DNA of 64,000 nucleotides from a virus. The stretch lies in the IMG/VR virus record IMGVR_UViG_3300021092_000008. The stretch is one strand, 5' to 3'. This document shows, piece after piece, positions 48,739 to 58,256 of this stretch (position 1 is its first letter; each line of letters opens with the position of its first letter). The notes beneath the pieces were generated by a model. That model did not search any database. It was not told where the DNA came from and saw only the letters and a program-made list of their open reading frames with translations. The translations under genes and the position numbers were made by a program.

Positions 48739-48741
48739 ATA
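48734..48741 (+). promoter_or_regulatory. Late promoter variant AATAAATA
   Basis: Overlaps the gp16 stop codon, 10 bp upstream of the next ATG. Confidence 0.5.
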
Positions 48742-48751
48742 ATAATAAAAA

Positions 48752-49009
48752 ATGTCTTACATTAGATACGATAAGGATAACAATCCAGTTGATGCTCAAC
48801 CAGAATCATATTCAGTTACTCTTTATTCTGGAACTGAAGGTTGGTCAACTATGACATATGATGTATGGAATGGTGATTATGTGCCAAGGAATTCAGACAA
48901 TACTGTAAGAACTCCTGGAACATATCAAGCAAGAAATTCTGATAATACTACCAGAACTCCTGCTGCCTATCAACGTTATGATACAACTAACAATCCAATA
49001 CTAATATAA
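48752..49009 (+). CDS. Hypothetical protein with short internal repeats
   Basis: RNSDNTxRTPxxYQ occurs twice. RYDxxNNP occurs at both ends. Confidence 0.7.
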   Translation: MSYIRYDKDNNPVDAQPESYSVTLYSGTEGWSTMTYDVWNGDYVPRNSDNTVRTPGTYQARNSDNTTRTPAAYQRYDTTNNPILI

Positions 49010-49106
49010 ACTTCGTGCTTGGGATTGCTAACATAACATGTCTTAATTGCTACTTCACGATACTAAAGTATACTATATAATAAATTGCCGTCTTATTGTA
49101 AGTCTT

Positions 49107-49337
49107 ATGAATATTAAAACCTGTCCTAAATGCGGGGCGAACTGGATTAATGGGCAGCATTACTGGAGTGGAACTAACAAAAAAGGAGATGATACAACAT
49201 TAGCTTCTTTGGTTTGTGATAAATTCGGTGATAATACTTGCATCAATCCATGTAAAGGAACTACAGAAGGTGATGGGTGGAAGAAGAGAATGGAAGATTT
49301 AAATTTAATGTCCGTTTATAAACAAAATTATGGCTGA
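49107..49337 (+). CDS. Small Cys-rich (putative Zn-binding) protein
   Basis: CPKC...GQHYW...LVC...CINPC. ATG at 49107 preferred over the TTG at 49047. Overlaps the gp17 start. Confidence 0.7.
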   Translation: MNIKTCPKCGANWINGQHYWSGTNKKGDDTTLASLVCDKFGDNTCINPCKGTTEGDGWKKRMEDLNLMSVYKQNYG

Positions 49338-50979
49338 TGGTGTATATCTTGGTAATCCTTTATTAAAAAAAGCAAATGTTCCTATTGATTTTACTAGGGA
49401 ACAAATTGAAGAATATATTAAATGTAAAGAAGACCCCGTTTACTTTGCTTTAAATTATGTCAAAATTGTTTCTGTTGATGAAGGTCTTATTCCTTTTAGG
49501 ATGTATGAATTCCAAAAAGAATTAGTTGATAAATTTCATAACAATAGATTCAATATTGCTAAGTTGCCACGTCAGACAGGCAAATCTACTGTTGTGGTTT
49601 CTTATCTACTTCACTATGCTTTGTTTAATGATAGTTCCAACATTGGTATTCTTGCCAACAAAGCATCCACTGCTCGTGACCTATTAGGAAGATTACAGAC
49701 AGCATACGAGAATCTTCCTAAATGGTTACAGCAAGGTGTGATCGTTTGGAACAAGGGTTCTATGGAACTTGAGAATGGTTCCAAGATTATGGCGGCATCT
49801 ACATCAGCATCTGCTGTTCGAGGGATGTCATTTAATATCATCTTCCTGGACGAATTTGCTTTCGTTCCAAATCATATTGCAGATGACTTTTTCTCATCTG
49901 TATATCCTACTATTTCATCTGGACAAAAAACTAAAGTTATTATTATTTCTACTCCATATGGTATGAACCACTTTTATAAGTTGTGGGTAGATGCACAAAA
50001 TGAACGCAACAATTATATTTGGACAGAAGTTCATTGGTCTGAAGTTCCTGGTCGTGATTCAAAGTGGAAAGAAGAAACAATCAAGAACACTTCAGAACGC
50101 CAGTTTACTCAAGAATTTGAGTGTGAATTTTTAGGGTCTGTTGATACATTAATTGCTGCTTCTAAATTACGTTCATTAGTTTTTGATACTCCAACTAGTA
50201 GTAATAAGGGATTAGATGTTTATGAATCTCCCAACGAGAAATCAGAATATATCATAACAGCTGACGTGTCAAGAGGCATTGGTGGTGATTACTCTGCTTT
50301 CATTGTATTTGATATTACTACAGTTCCATATAAAATTGTAGCGAAGTATAGAAACAATGAAATAAAACCAATGTTGTTTCCTAATATAATTAATGATTTA
50401 GCAAGAGCATATAATAATGCTTACGTGTTGTGTGAGGTTAACGATGTTGGAGATCAAGTAGCATCTATTTTAAACTATGATTTAGAATATCCTAATGTAT
50501 TAATGTGTTCAATGCGAGGTCGTGCTGGACAAATAGTTGGACAAGGATTTTCTGGAAGTAAAACTCAACTTGGAGTTAAAATGAGTATTACTGTCAAAAA
50601 AATTGGTTGCGCCAACCTCAAAACAATTATTGAAGATGATAAATTATTGTTTAGAGATTATGAAATTATATCTGAACTCACTACATTTATCCAGAAAAAA
50701 CAATCATTTGAAGCAGATGAAGGTTATCATGATGACTTAGTAATGTGTTTGGTTATTTTTGCTTGGTTGGCAGTACAAGATTACTTTAAAGAAATGACGG
50801 ATAATGATGTTCGTCAAAGAATTTACGAAGAGCAAAAAAATCAAATTGAACAAGATATGTCTCCATTTGGTTTTATTGTAACTGGATTGGAAGGTGATGA
50901 GGGATTTGTTGAAAGTGGTTCTTTATGGGAATATGGTGATACTCAAGAAGATGTCTCGTATATGTGGAGTCATTATTAA
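49330..50979 (+). CDS. gp17: Terminase large subunit gp17
   Basis: YLGNPLLKKAN, Walker A PRQTGKST, Walker B IFLDEFAF, ISTP motif, nuclease motifs TADVSRG and HDDLVM. Confidence 0.97.
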   Translation: MADGVYLGNPLLKKANVPIDFTREQIEEYIKCKEDPVYFALNYVKIVSVDEGLIPFRMYEFQKELVDKFHNNRFNIAKLPRQTGKSTVVVSYLLHYALFNDSSNIGILANKASTARDLLGRLQTAYENLPKWLQQGVIVWNKGSMELENGSKIMAASTSASAVRGMSFNIIFLDEFAFVPNHIADDFFSSVYPTISSGQKTKVIIISTPYGMNHFYKLWVDAQNERNNYIWTEVHWSEVPGRDSKWKEETIKNTSERQFTQEFECEFLGSVDTLIAASKLRSLVFDTPTSSNKGLDVYESPNEKSEYIITADVSRGIGGDYSAFIVFDITTVPYKIVAKYRNNEIKPMLFPNIINDLARAYNNAYVLCEVNDVGDQVASILNYDLEYPNVLMCSMRGRAGQIVGQGFSGSKTQLGVKMSITVKKIGCANLKTIIEDDKLLFRDYEIISELTTFIQKKQSFEADEGYHDDLVMCLVIFAWLAVQDYFKEMTDNDVRQRIYEEQKNQIEQDMSPFGFIVTGLEGDEGFVESGSLWEYGDTQEDVSYMWSHY

Positions 50980-51209
50980 TGGATATAGAAGATCAGTTTA
51001 CACTAAATCATCTTTTATTTAAAGAGAGAAGGTGTAGGTCTTGCTTAAAAGTAAAAGATCTTCTATCAGATTTTTACTTAACCAGAAAAGACAGGTCATC
51101 GTGTTTATCTGCTTATTCATATGAATGTAAAGAATGTACGTCAAAGAGAATAAAGCAATCAAGAAAAAATAAAAATATCGATTTTAAATGGGAGTATCCT
51201 GATTGGTAA
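50979..51209 (+). CDS. Small zinc-finger protein (CxxC...CxxC)
   Basis: RCRSC...FY...AYSYECKEC and terminal YPDW. ATG at 50979 is coupled to the gp17 stop (TAATG). Confidence 0.75.
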   Translation: MDIEDQFTLNHLLFKERRCRSCLKVKDLLSDFYLTRKDRSSCLSAYSYECKECTSKRIKQSRKNKNIDFKWEYPDW

Positions 51210-51249
51210 AGTGTTCATGCACTCTTTCCCCAGTTAAAAGAATCAATTT

Positions 51250-51257
51250 ACTAAATA
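51250..51257 (+). promoter_or_regulatory. Late promoter variant ACTAAATA upstream of gp18
   Basis: TAAATA core, with an AGGAG RBS before the ATG at 51296. Confidence 0.6.
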
Positions 51258-51295
51258 ATTTTAGATCAAAATGAAATCTTTACAAGGAGAAAAAC

Positions 51296-53725
51296 ATGGC
51301 AAGTCAGGTATCGCCTGGAATTACTATTAAGGAGCGTGACCTATCTAATGCTGTTGTTATTGGTGCTCAACAAATCAACGCCGCTTTTGCATCTTCATTC
51401 AAAAAAGGACCAATTGGAAAAGTAACTAGCGTAAGTTCACAAAAAGAACTTGTTAATATTTTTGGGAAACCCTCGGACGCTAACGCAGAAGATTGGTTTG
51501 TTGCATCTGAATTTTTGGGTTATGGTGGTAGATTGTCAGTTGTACGCGCTGCTACTAATGTGTTGAACGCAACTAGCGGCACAGCTGGTGTCCTAGTTAG
51601 AAACGAAACGGATTGGGCAGCAGGAGCTGGCACATCAGAAGTTTATGTTGCCAAAACATCTGGATCTTGGGGTAATAGTTTAAAAGTAGTTTTAGTAGAT
51701 CGTGGTGCAGATCAATACGTTACATTCTCATCAGTTCCATCTGGAATGGCGGCAGGTACTGACGTTGCATTTAGCGGTGGTAAACTAGGAGAGGTTCTTT
51801 CTTGGGACACAACAACTAAAACCGCAGCAGTTATTTTAAACGATCCCACTGTTCGCCTAACCACTAGTGATACGTTAGCATCACCAGAACTTGGTGTAGT
51901 TGCTACAACATCTAACCTGTCTGGTGGTACACTTTATACTGCTGCAACTGGCGTAGCAACTACTGGTGGATCTGGAACTGGTCTAACAGTAAACACCACA
52001 GTTACTGTTGGTTCGGTTCTAACTTTTGCGGCAGGAAGTGGCGGAACTTTATATGTAACCGCAAACAACGTTACCACAACTGGCGGAACTGGAACTGGTT
52101 TAACAGTAAACATTGTTGCAGCTGCAGGATCAATTACTGGAATCGTAATTGCAAACGCTGGTACTGGTTATACAGTTGGTGATACAATCACAATTGCTGG
52201 CGGTGGTAGTAATGCAACATTTGTTGTTTCAACAGTAAAAGGTGCAGTTTCTGCAGTTGCAGTTGCTGCTGGCGGAGTTGGTTATCTTGTTAATGATACA
52301 ATAACTATTTCTGGTACAACAGGAACATCCGCTACTTTCAAAGTTGCTACTGTTACTGACACAAATATTTCTATTACTGCAGTATCAGATTGGTATTCAA
52401 ATACAAATATTCCAGGCACAGATCTCAAACTAACTGCTATTGGCATAAGACCAGGAACATCACAATATGCATCTGATACTGGTGTTTCTTATGATGAACT
52501 TCATGTGGTAGTTATTGATATTGATGGTCAAGTTTCTGGGGCAAAAAATACTATTCTAGAAAGATTGACACACCTTTCCAAGTTAACAGATGGTAAGAGT
52601 TCAGAAGGTGCCGCAACTTATTATAAAGATGTAATTAATTCAAATTCAGCATACATCTTTGCTGGTGCTACTGTTAGTGGTTTTACAAATCCTTCTTCTC
52701 TCGGGGCGGGACAAACTTGGGATCAAACAGCATCTGCATCTGCTGTAAGTGGCGGAAAACTTAATCTTTCTGGACTAAAAGTTTCAGATCTTAAGTTTGG
52801 AATAGATGATTATGCATATACTAATGCTGAAATTGGAGATGCTTATGATCTATTTTTAGACACAGAAACTATTAAGATTGATTTTATTTTGATGGGTGGT
52901 TCTATGACTTTAGAAACTAACTCAAAATCAAAGGCATCAAAAGTTATTTCTATTGCCGCTAGTAGAAAAGATTGTGTCGCTTTCGTTTCTGCTCACAAAG
53001 GAAATCAAATCGGAACTAATGGTGCTTTAACTGCTACTCAACAAAGAGAGAATACAATTAACTTTTTCAATGGTTTAACTTCAACTTCATACGCTGTGTT
53101 TGATAGCGGTTACAAATATTTCTATGATCGCTTTAATGACAAGTATCGTTACTTACCATGTAACGGTGATATCGCTGGTCTATGTGTATCTACTTCTGCT
53201 GCCTTAGATGATTGGTATTCTCCTGCTGGTTTAAACAGAGGTTCTTTAAGAAACGCTGTTAAACTTGCTTATAACCCAAATAAAGCAGATAGAGATGAAC
53301 TCTATCAGAATAGAATCAATCCTATTGTTTCTTTCCCTGGTTCTGGCGTAACTCTATTTGGAGATAAGACCGCTCTTGCTTCTCCTTCCGCATTTGATAG
53401 AATTAATGTTCGTCGTTTATTCCTCAATATTGAGAAGAGAGTAGAAGGTCTTGCTAAGCAAGTTCTATTTGAACAGAACGATGAGATCACAAGATCATCG
53501 TTTGCTAGCGCCATTAATTCGTACATGGCAGAAATTCAAGCAAGAAGAGGCGTGACCGACTTCTTAGTTGTTTGTGATGACACTAACAATACACCTGATG
53601 TTATTGATCGTAACGAATTTGTTGCTGAATTGTTTATCAAACCAACTCGTTCAATCAATTATGTATCAGTAACATTTACTGCTACTAAGACTGGTGTTTC
53701 GTTTGCTGAAGTAATTGGTCAGTAA
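51296..53725 (+). CDS. gp18: Tail sheath protein gp18 with inserted beta-rich domains
   Basis: SPGITIKERDL, WYSPAGLNRG, RDELYQNRINP, FGDKT, FDRINVRRLF, FEQND, IKPTRSINY. Confidence 0.97.
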   Translation: MASQVSPGITIKERDLSNAVVIGAQQINAAFASSFKKGPIGKVTSVSSQKELVNIFGKPSDANAEDWFVASEFLGYGGRLSVVRAATNVLNATSGTAGVLVRNETDWAAGAGTSEVYVAKTSGSWGNSLKVVLVDRGADQYVTFSSVPSGMAAGTDVAFSGGKLGEVLSWDTTTKTAAVILNDPTVRLTTSDTLASPELGVVATTSNLSGGTLYTAATGVATTGGSGTGLTVNTTVTVGSVLTFAAGSGGTLYVTANNVTTTGGTGTGLTVNIVAAAGSITGIVIANAGTGYTVGDTITIAGGGSNATFVVSTVKGAVSAVAVAAGGVGYLVNDTITISGTTGTSATFKVATVTDTNISITAVSDWYSNTNIPGTDLKLTAIGIRPGTSQYASDTGVSYDELHVVVIDIDGQVSGAKNTILERLTHLSKLTDGKSSEGAATYYKDVINSNSAYIFAGATVSGFTNPSSLGAGQTWDQTASASAVSGGKLNLSGLKVSDLKFGIDDYAYTNAEIGDAYDLFLDTETIKIDFILMGGSMTLETNSKSKASKVISIAASRKDCVAFVSAHKGNQIGTNGALTATQQRENTINFFNGLTSTSYAVFDSGYKYFYDRFNDKYRYLPCNGDIAGLCVSTSAALDDWYSPAGLNRGSLRNAVKLAYNPNKADRDELYQNRINPIVSFPGSGVTLFGDKTALASPSAFDRINVRRLFLNIEKRVEGLAKQVLFEQNDEITRSSFASAINSYMAEIQARRGVTDFLVVCDDTNNTPDVIDRNEFVAELFIKPTRSINYVSVTFTATKTGVSFAEVIGQ

Positions 53726-53756
53726 TTTCATCACAAATTTTACGAGGTAAAAAACA

Positions 53757-54380
53757 ATGGCAACCAAAATTTCTAATTTCATCTCACAGATTGGACAAGG
53801 CGTTAAGCCTAATATGTTCTATGTTGAGATTCCTTTCCCAACCGCTGGCAACGGATTGAAAGGTGGAACAATTAGCGCCGATGACCAAGGATTAGTTAAC
53901 TTACTTTGTAAGTCAGCAGCTCTTCCAGCATCACAATTAGGTGTTATCGAAGTTCCTTTCCGTGGAAGAACAGTCAAGATCGCTGGTGATAGAACCTTTG
54001 ATACTTGGACTGCTACCTTCTTCAATGATAAAGATATGAAGATTCGTGGATTATTCGAGCAGTGGTTAGAAGCTATCAACACTCATGATAACAACAACGC
54101 CCCTCTCTTTACTCCATCTGTAGATGGTTCAACTGGTTATGCTCAACTTCTAAAAGTTAAGCAACTAGAAAAGAACTCATCGACAGAACCAACAACTGCT
54201 GCTATCTTAAGAGAGTATTCTTTACACTATGCTTTCCCAACTAACGTTTCTCAAATTGATCTTGCTTATGATAGCAATGATCAGATTGAAGAATTTACAG
54301 TTGAATTCCAATATTCTTATTGGACAGTTGCAACTGCTGGTACAAGATCTGGTTCTTCAAACCGTATTGTAAATCAGTAA
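53757..54380 (+). CDS. gp19: Tail tube protein gp19
   Basis: LCKSAALPAS...VPFRGRTVKIAGDRTFDTW...IEEFTVEFQYSYW. Confidence 0.96.
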   Translation: MATKISNFISQIGQGVKPNMFYVEIPFPTAGNGLKGGTISADDQGLVNLLCKSAALPASQLGVIEVPFRGRTVKIAGDRTFDTWTATFFNDKDMKIRGLFEQWLEAINTHDNNNAPLFTPSVDGSTGYAQLLKVKQLEKNSSTEPTTAAILREYSLHYAFPTNVSQIDLAYDSNDQIEEFTVEFQYSYWTVATAGTRSGSSNRIVNQ

Positions 54381-54386
54381 TAAATA
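54379..54386 (+). promoter_or_regulatory. Late promoter variant AATAAATA upstream of gp20
   Basis: Located in the gp19-gp20 gap. Confidence 0.6.
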
Positions 54387-54412
54387 GTATATAACTGAGT
54401 TCTACCATTACT

Positions 54413-56143
54413 ATGAGTCAACTATTTGGATTTCTAATTAACAAGGAGGGTGGAAATAGGGGTCAATCTCCTATTTCCCCAAACCAAGATGATAACATAG
54501 CCACCGTAGCAGGTGGCTATTTTGGCACATATGTAGATACAGAAGCTGTTGCTAAGAACGAATACGAATATATCAAAAGATATAGGGATATGGCAATGCA
54601 CCCTGAATGTGATTCAGCGGTAGATGAAATTGTCAACGAGTTTGTTGTTAGCGATGCTGATGATTCCCCTGTACAGGTTGAGTTATCTAATTTAGAAATT
54701 AGTGATACATTAAAATCAAAAATTATCAATGAATTTAATTACATTAAAAGGTTATTACAATTTGATAAAAAATGCCATAACATTATTCGTAATTGGTATG
54801 TAGACGGAAGAATATTTTACCACAAAGTTATTGATTTAGACAACCCCAAAAAAGGTATTTTAGAATTAAGGTATGTCGATCCGCTCAAATTAAAAAAAGT
54901 AAGGCAGCAAATTAAAGATACAAATGCTGATGCTCACTTAATGAGAGGGTCAGCAATGGAATATGATTGGGGAGATTATATAGAATATTATCTTTACAAT
55001 CCAAAAGGTTTTACTACTTCATTACCATCTAATTCCCCATCAGATTATTCTGTTGCTAACGGTATTAAGATAGCAGTAGATTCTATTGCTACTGCTGATT
55101 GTGGTGTAAAAGATCTTAACAAAAAGATGACGTTAAGTTTCTTACACAAAGCAATCAAAGCACTCAACCAGTTAAGAATGATTGAAGATTCGCTGGTTAT
55201 CTATAGATTATCTCGTGCCCCAGAAAGAAGAATTTTTTACATTGATGTTGGTAATCTTCCTAAAGTAAAAGCAGAGCAATACCTTCGTGAGGTTATGGCT
55301 CGCTATAGAAATAAACTTGTCTATGATGCTAGCACTGGAGAGATTCGTGATGATAAAAAGCATATGTCGATGCTTGAAGACTTCTGGTTACCTCGCCGTG
55401 AAGGTGGTAGAGGAACTGAAATCACTACACTCCCAGGCGGTCAGAACCTTGGTGAACTCAAGGACGTTGAGTATTTCAAAAAGAAACTTTACAACTCACT
55501 CAACCTACCACCTTCCCGCCTTACTGATGACAACAAAGGGTTTAATCTTGGTAAGACCACAGAGGTTCTCAGGGATGAACTTAAGTTTACTAAATTTATC
55601 GGAAGACTTCGTAAAAAATTCAGTGAGTTATTCCACGATATTCTCAAAACACAATTAATCCTCAAAGGTATTATCACTCCCGAAGATTGGGAGGATATGG
55701 AAGAACATATCCAATATGACTACTTGTTTGATAATCACTTTAATGAATTAAAAGAACAAGAACTCAATCTTCAAAGAATTCAACTTGTTACCCAAATGGA
55801 TCCATTTGTTGGTAAGTATTTCTCAGTTGAATATATTCGTCGCCAAGTATTAATGCAAACTGAGCAAGAATACAAGGAAATGGATAAGCAAATGAAGAAA
55901 GAAATTAAATCTGGATTGGCAGTTAATCCTGTAGATCTTAATGCCATGAGTACAATGGATGCTCAAAATTCTGCTTTCGCTCCAGAGATTCAGGATATGC
56001 AAGCACAAGCTTCATTTGATAGAGATCAAGAATCCGCTGATGCTGCATTTGATAGGAATGAAAAATCTGCTGATGCTGCTGCTAGTAGAGAAATGAAGGC
56101 GCTAAAGTCTCAACCAAAACCAAAAACAAGTTCTACTAAATAG
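54413..56143 (+). CDS. gp20: Portal protein gp20
   Basis: WYVDGR, LHKAIKALNQLRMIEDSLVIYRLSRAPERRIFYIDVGNLPK, EDFWLPRREGGRGTEITTLPGGQNLG. Confidence 0.98.
   Translation: MSQLFGFLINKEGGNRGQSPISPNQDDNIATVAGGYFGTYVDTEAVAKNEYEYIKRYRDMAMHPECDSAVDEIVNEFVVSDADDSPVQVELSNLEISDTLKSKIINEFNYIKRLLQFDKKCHNIIRNWYVDGRIFYHKVIDLDNPKKGILELRYVDPLKLKKVRQQIKDTNADAHLMRGSAMEYDWGDYIEYYLYNPKGFTTSLPSNSPSDYSVANGIKIAVDSIATADCGVKDLNKKMTLSFLHKAIKALNQLRMIEDSLVIYRLSRAPERRIFYIDVGNLPKVKAEQYLREVMARYRNKLVYDASTGEIRDDKKHMSMLEDFWLPRREGGRGTEITTLPGGQNLGELKDVEYFKKKLYNSLNLPPSRLTDDNKGFNLGKTTEVLRDELKFTKFIGRLRKKFSELFHDILKTQLILKGIITPEDWEDMEEHIQYDYLFDNHFNELKEQELNLQRIQLVTQMDPFVGKYFSVEYIRRQVLMQTEQEYKEMDKQMKKEIKSGLAVNPVDLNAMSTMDAQNSAFAPEIQDMQAQASFDRDQESADAAFDRNEKSADAAASREMKALKSQPKPKTSSTK
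56135..56142 (+). promoter_or_regulatory. Late promoter variant ACTAAATA
   Basis: At the gp20 stop, upstream of the small core gene and gp21. Confidence 0.55.
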
Positions 56144-56163
56144 AATATAACTTTATTATTAAT

Positions 56164-56334
56164 ATGGAATCGACTTTAGATATTATTAATTTACTTCATG
56201 CCAATAAAAAGGCAGATGCTTTAGAGAAGATTGATGATCTTCTCTACAAAAAAGCTGCCGAAGTTATTGACAATTATAAGAAAGTAGTTGCCGCTACTTA
56301 CTTTGACGAACCAGTAGACACAGAAGAACAATGA
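56164..56334 (+). CDS. Small prohead core protein (gp67-like); missing from the ORF track
   Basis: Manual translation gives MESTLDIINLLHANKKADALEKIDDLLYKKAAEVIDNYKKVVAATYFDEPVDTEEQ (56 aa). Its stop overlaps the gp21 start (ATGA). Lies between gp20 and gp21. Confidence 0.75.
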   Translation: MESTLDIINLLHANKKADALEKIDDLLYKKAAEVIDNYKKVVAATYFDEPVDTEEQ

Positions 56335-56975
56335 AACTCATCACGGAAAATATCGAGAACGTTCAAGTACTCGTAGAAGAAAAGAATGGAAAGAAAAATC
56401 TTTACATTGAAGGAGTGTTTCTACAATCAGAAACAAAAAACCGCAATGGAAGGATTTATCCTTTCGATATTTTAAATCGTGAAGTAGAAAGATACAATCA
56501 AGAATATGTATCTGCTGGTCGTGCTCTAGGTGAACTAGGACATCCTGATGGACCTAGCGTAAATCTAGATCGTGTATCCCATAAGATTGTGTCTCTTCGC
56601 TCTGAAGGCACAAACTTTATTGGTAAAGCACGTATCTTAGATACACCTATGGGACAAATTGCTAAGTCACTTCTTGAGGAAGGAGTAAAGCTTGGTGTTT
56701 CTTCTAGAGGCATGGGTTCTTTAGAAGAAAAGAATGGTGTGAAATATGTTCGTGATGATTTCATGCTTGCTACTGCTGCTGATATTGTAGCAGATCCCTC
56801 CGCACCTGACGCTTTTGTTCAGGGAATTATGGAAGGTAAAGAGTGGGTCTGGGACAACGGACTTCTAAAAGAATACCGTGTTTCCGAAATTAAGCAATAT
56901 ATTTCGGGAGCGACCCGTAAAAATTTAGAGGAAAGAAAGTTAAAAGCATTTACTGCTTTCCTTTCAAATCTATAA
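56331..56975 (+). CDS. gp21: Prohead protease gp21
   Basis: MKLITE, IEGVFLQ...NRNGRIYP, ALGELGHP, GVSSRGMGS, DIVADPSAPDA. Confidence 0.97.
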   Translation: MKLITENIENVQVLVEEKNGKKNLYIEGVFLQSETKNRNGRIYPFDILNREVERYNQEYVSAGRALGELGHPDGPSVNLDRVSHKIVSLRSEGTNFIGKARILDTPMGQIAKSLLEEGVKLGVSSRGMGSLEEKNGVKYVRDDFMLATAADIVADPSAPDAFVQGIMEGKEWVWDNGLLKEYRVSEIKQYISGATRKNLEERKLKAFTAFLSNL

Positions 56976-56979
56976 ATTT

Positions 56980-56987
56980 GATAAATA
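56980..56987 (+). promoter_or_regulatory. Late promoter variant GATAAATA upstream of gp22
   Basis: In the gp21-gp22 gap. A GAGG RBS follows. Confidence 0.6.
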
Positions 56988-57030
56988 ATTCATAGAATAA
57001 ATTTAATGTAGAATTACGAGGAATACTCAA

Positions 57031-58194
57031 ATGTCAGATAGATTAAACGAAAAGTTTGAGGAGCTTGTATCTGGTGCTGGAATTATTGTAGAAGCTGGCG
57101 ACCCAATGCCTACCGTTAATGCTTCTGTAATTCCTGGAGGATCAGGTTCTGCTCCTAGCGGACAAGTTAATGATGCTCAAACTAGAGGTGGTGGTCATGA
57201 TCCACAACCTACAGTAACAACACAAGCTGTTGCTCCTTACCACCAATCAATTACTGATCTTGGCGGAACTTCAACAACTCCACATGAGCATGATGAAGAT
57301 GGTGAAGAAAATCCTGGTGCTAAAGCAGCTGCTCCTGTTGGTGCTAAGGCTGCTCAAAGCGATGGAACCGCTCAAACTTCTCACATTCATGACCCAGGCG
57401 AAATGGGTAAAACTCCTAGTGTTGGTGTAGAAGTAGCGTATGGTACTCACACTGGTCCAAATGTAACCTACCCAATTAAGCCTTCATACGAAGAACTTGA
57501 TCTATCTAGCGACGTTGCTGCTCTCACCGAAGGGGAAGATCTTTCGGAAGATTTCAAAGCAAAAGCAAAAACAATTTTAGAAGCCGCCGTAACTTCAAAA
57601 TTAAATGAAGAGTATGCTAAATTAAACGAGCAGTTTGAAGCTCGTGTTGCTGAGCAAGTAGAAATTGTTAAGAAAGAACTTGCTGAGCAAGTAGAAGGAA
57701 CAATCAATTATGCTATCAACAACTGGCTAGAAGAAAATCAAGTCAGTGTTGATCGTGGTGTCCGTAATGAAATCACTGAAGATTTCATTGCTGGTCTCAA
57801 AAATCTATTCCAAGAACATTACATCAGCATTCCTGATGAAAAAATTGATGTTCTTGAAGGAATGACCGACGAGCTTCGTGAGATGGAACAACGCCTCAAT
57901 GAACAAATTGAGCGTAACGTGGAATTAAATAATCGTCTTTCTGAGTCAACCCGTGTAGTTATTCTGAATCAAATTTCAGAAGGACTTGCCGATACTCAGA
58001 AAGAAAAGCTTGCTTCTTTATCAGAGGGTGTCAATTTTGAATCCCCTGAAAAATTTGCTGAAGCAGTAAAGACTCTACGTGAGTCATATTTCCCTCAGTC
58101 AGTTACTAAAGAAGTAAGTGACGAAACTCCAGTAGATGGCGATGTAACACCAGCAATGGCTGCTTACCTCAATGCTATCGCTCGCTGGAAGTGA
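57031..58194 (+). CDS. gp22: Prohead scaffold protein gp22
   Basis: LSEDFKAKAKTILEAAV, WLEEN, EDFIAGLKNLFQEHYI, GLADTQKEKL, LRESYF. Acidic coiled coil with a low-complexity N-terminus. Confidence 0.93.
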   Translation: MSDRLNEKFEELVSGAGIIVEAGDPMPTVNASVIPGGSGSAPSGQVNDAQTRGGGHDPQPTVTTQAVAPYHQSITDLGGTSTTPHEHDEDGEENPGAKAAAPVGAKAAQSDGTAQTSHIHDPGEMGKTPSVGVEVAYGTHTGPNVTYPIKPSYEELDLSSDVAALTEGEDLSEDFKAKAKTILEAAVTSKLNEEYAKLNEQFEARVAEQVEIVKKELAEQVEGTINYAINNWLEENQVSVDRGVRNEITEDFIAGLKNLFQEHYISIPDEKIDVLEGMTDELREMEQRLNEQIERNVELNNRLSESTRVVILNQISEGLADTQKEKLASLSEGVNFESPEKFAEAVKTLRESYFPQSVTKEVSDETPVDGDVTPAMAAYLNAIARWK

Positions 58195-58199
58195 TACTT

Positions 58200-58207
58200 T
58201 ATAAATA
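58200..58207 (+). promoter_or_regulatory. T4 late promoter TATAAATA upstream of gp23
   Basis: Exact consensus, with an AAGGAG RBS before the ATG at 58257. Confidence 0.9.
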
Positions 58208-58256
58208 ATTATCATCAAACCCACACAATCTTTTCCAAAAAAAGAAGGAGAAACAA

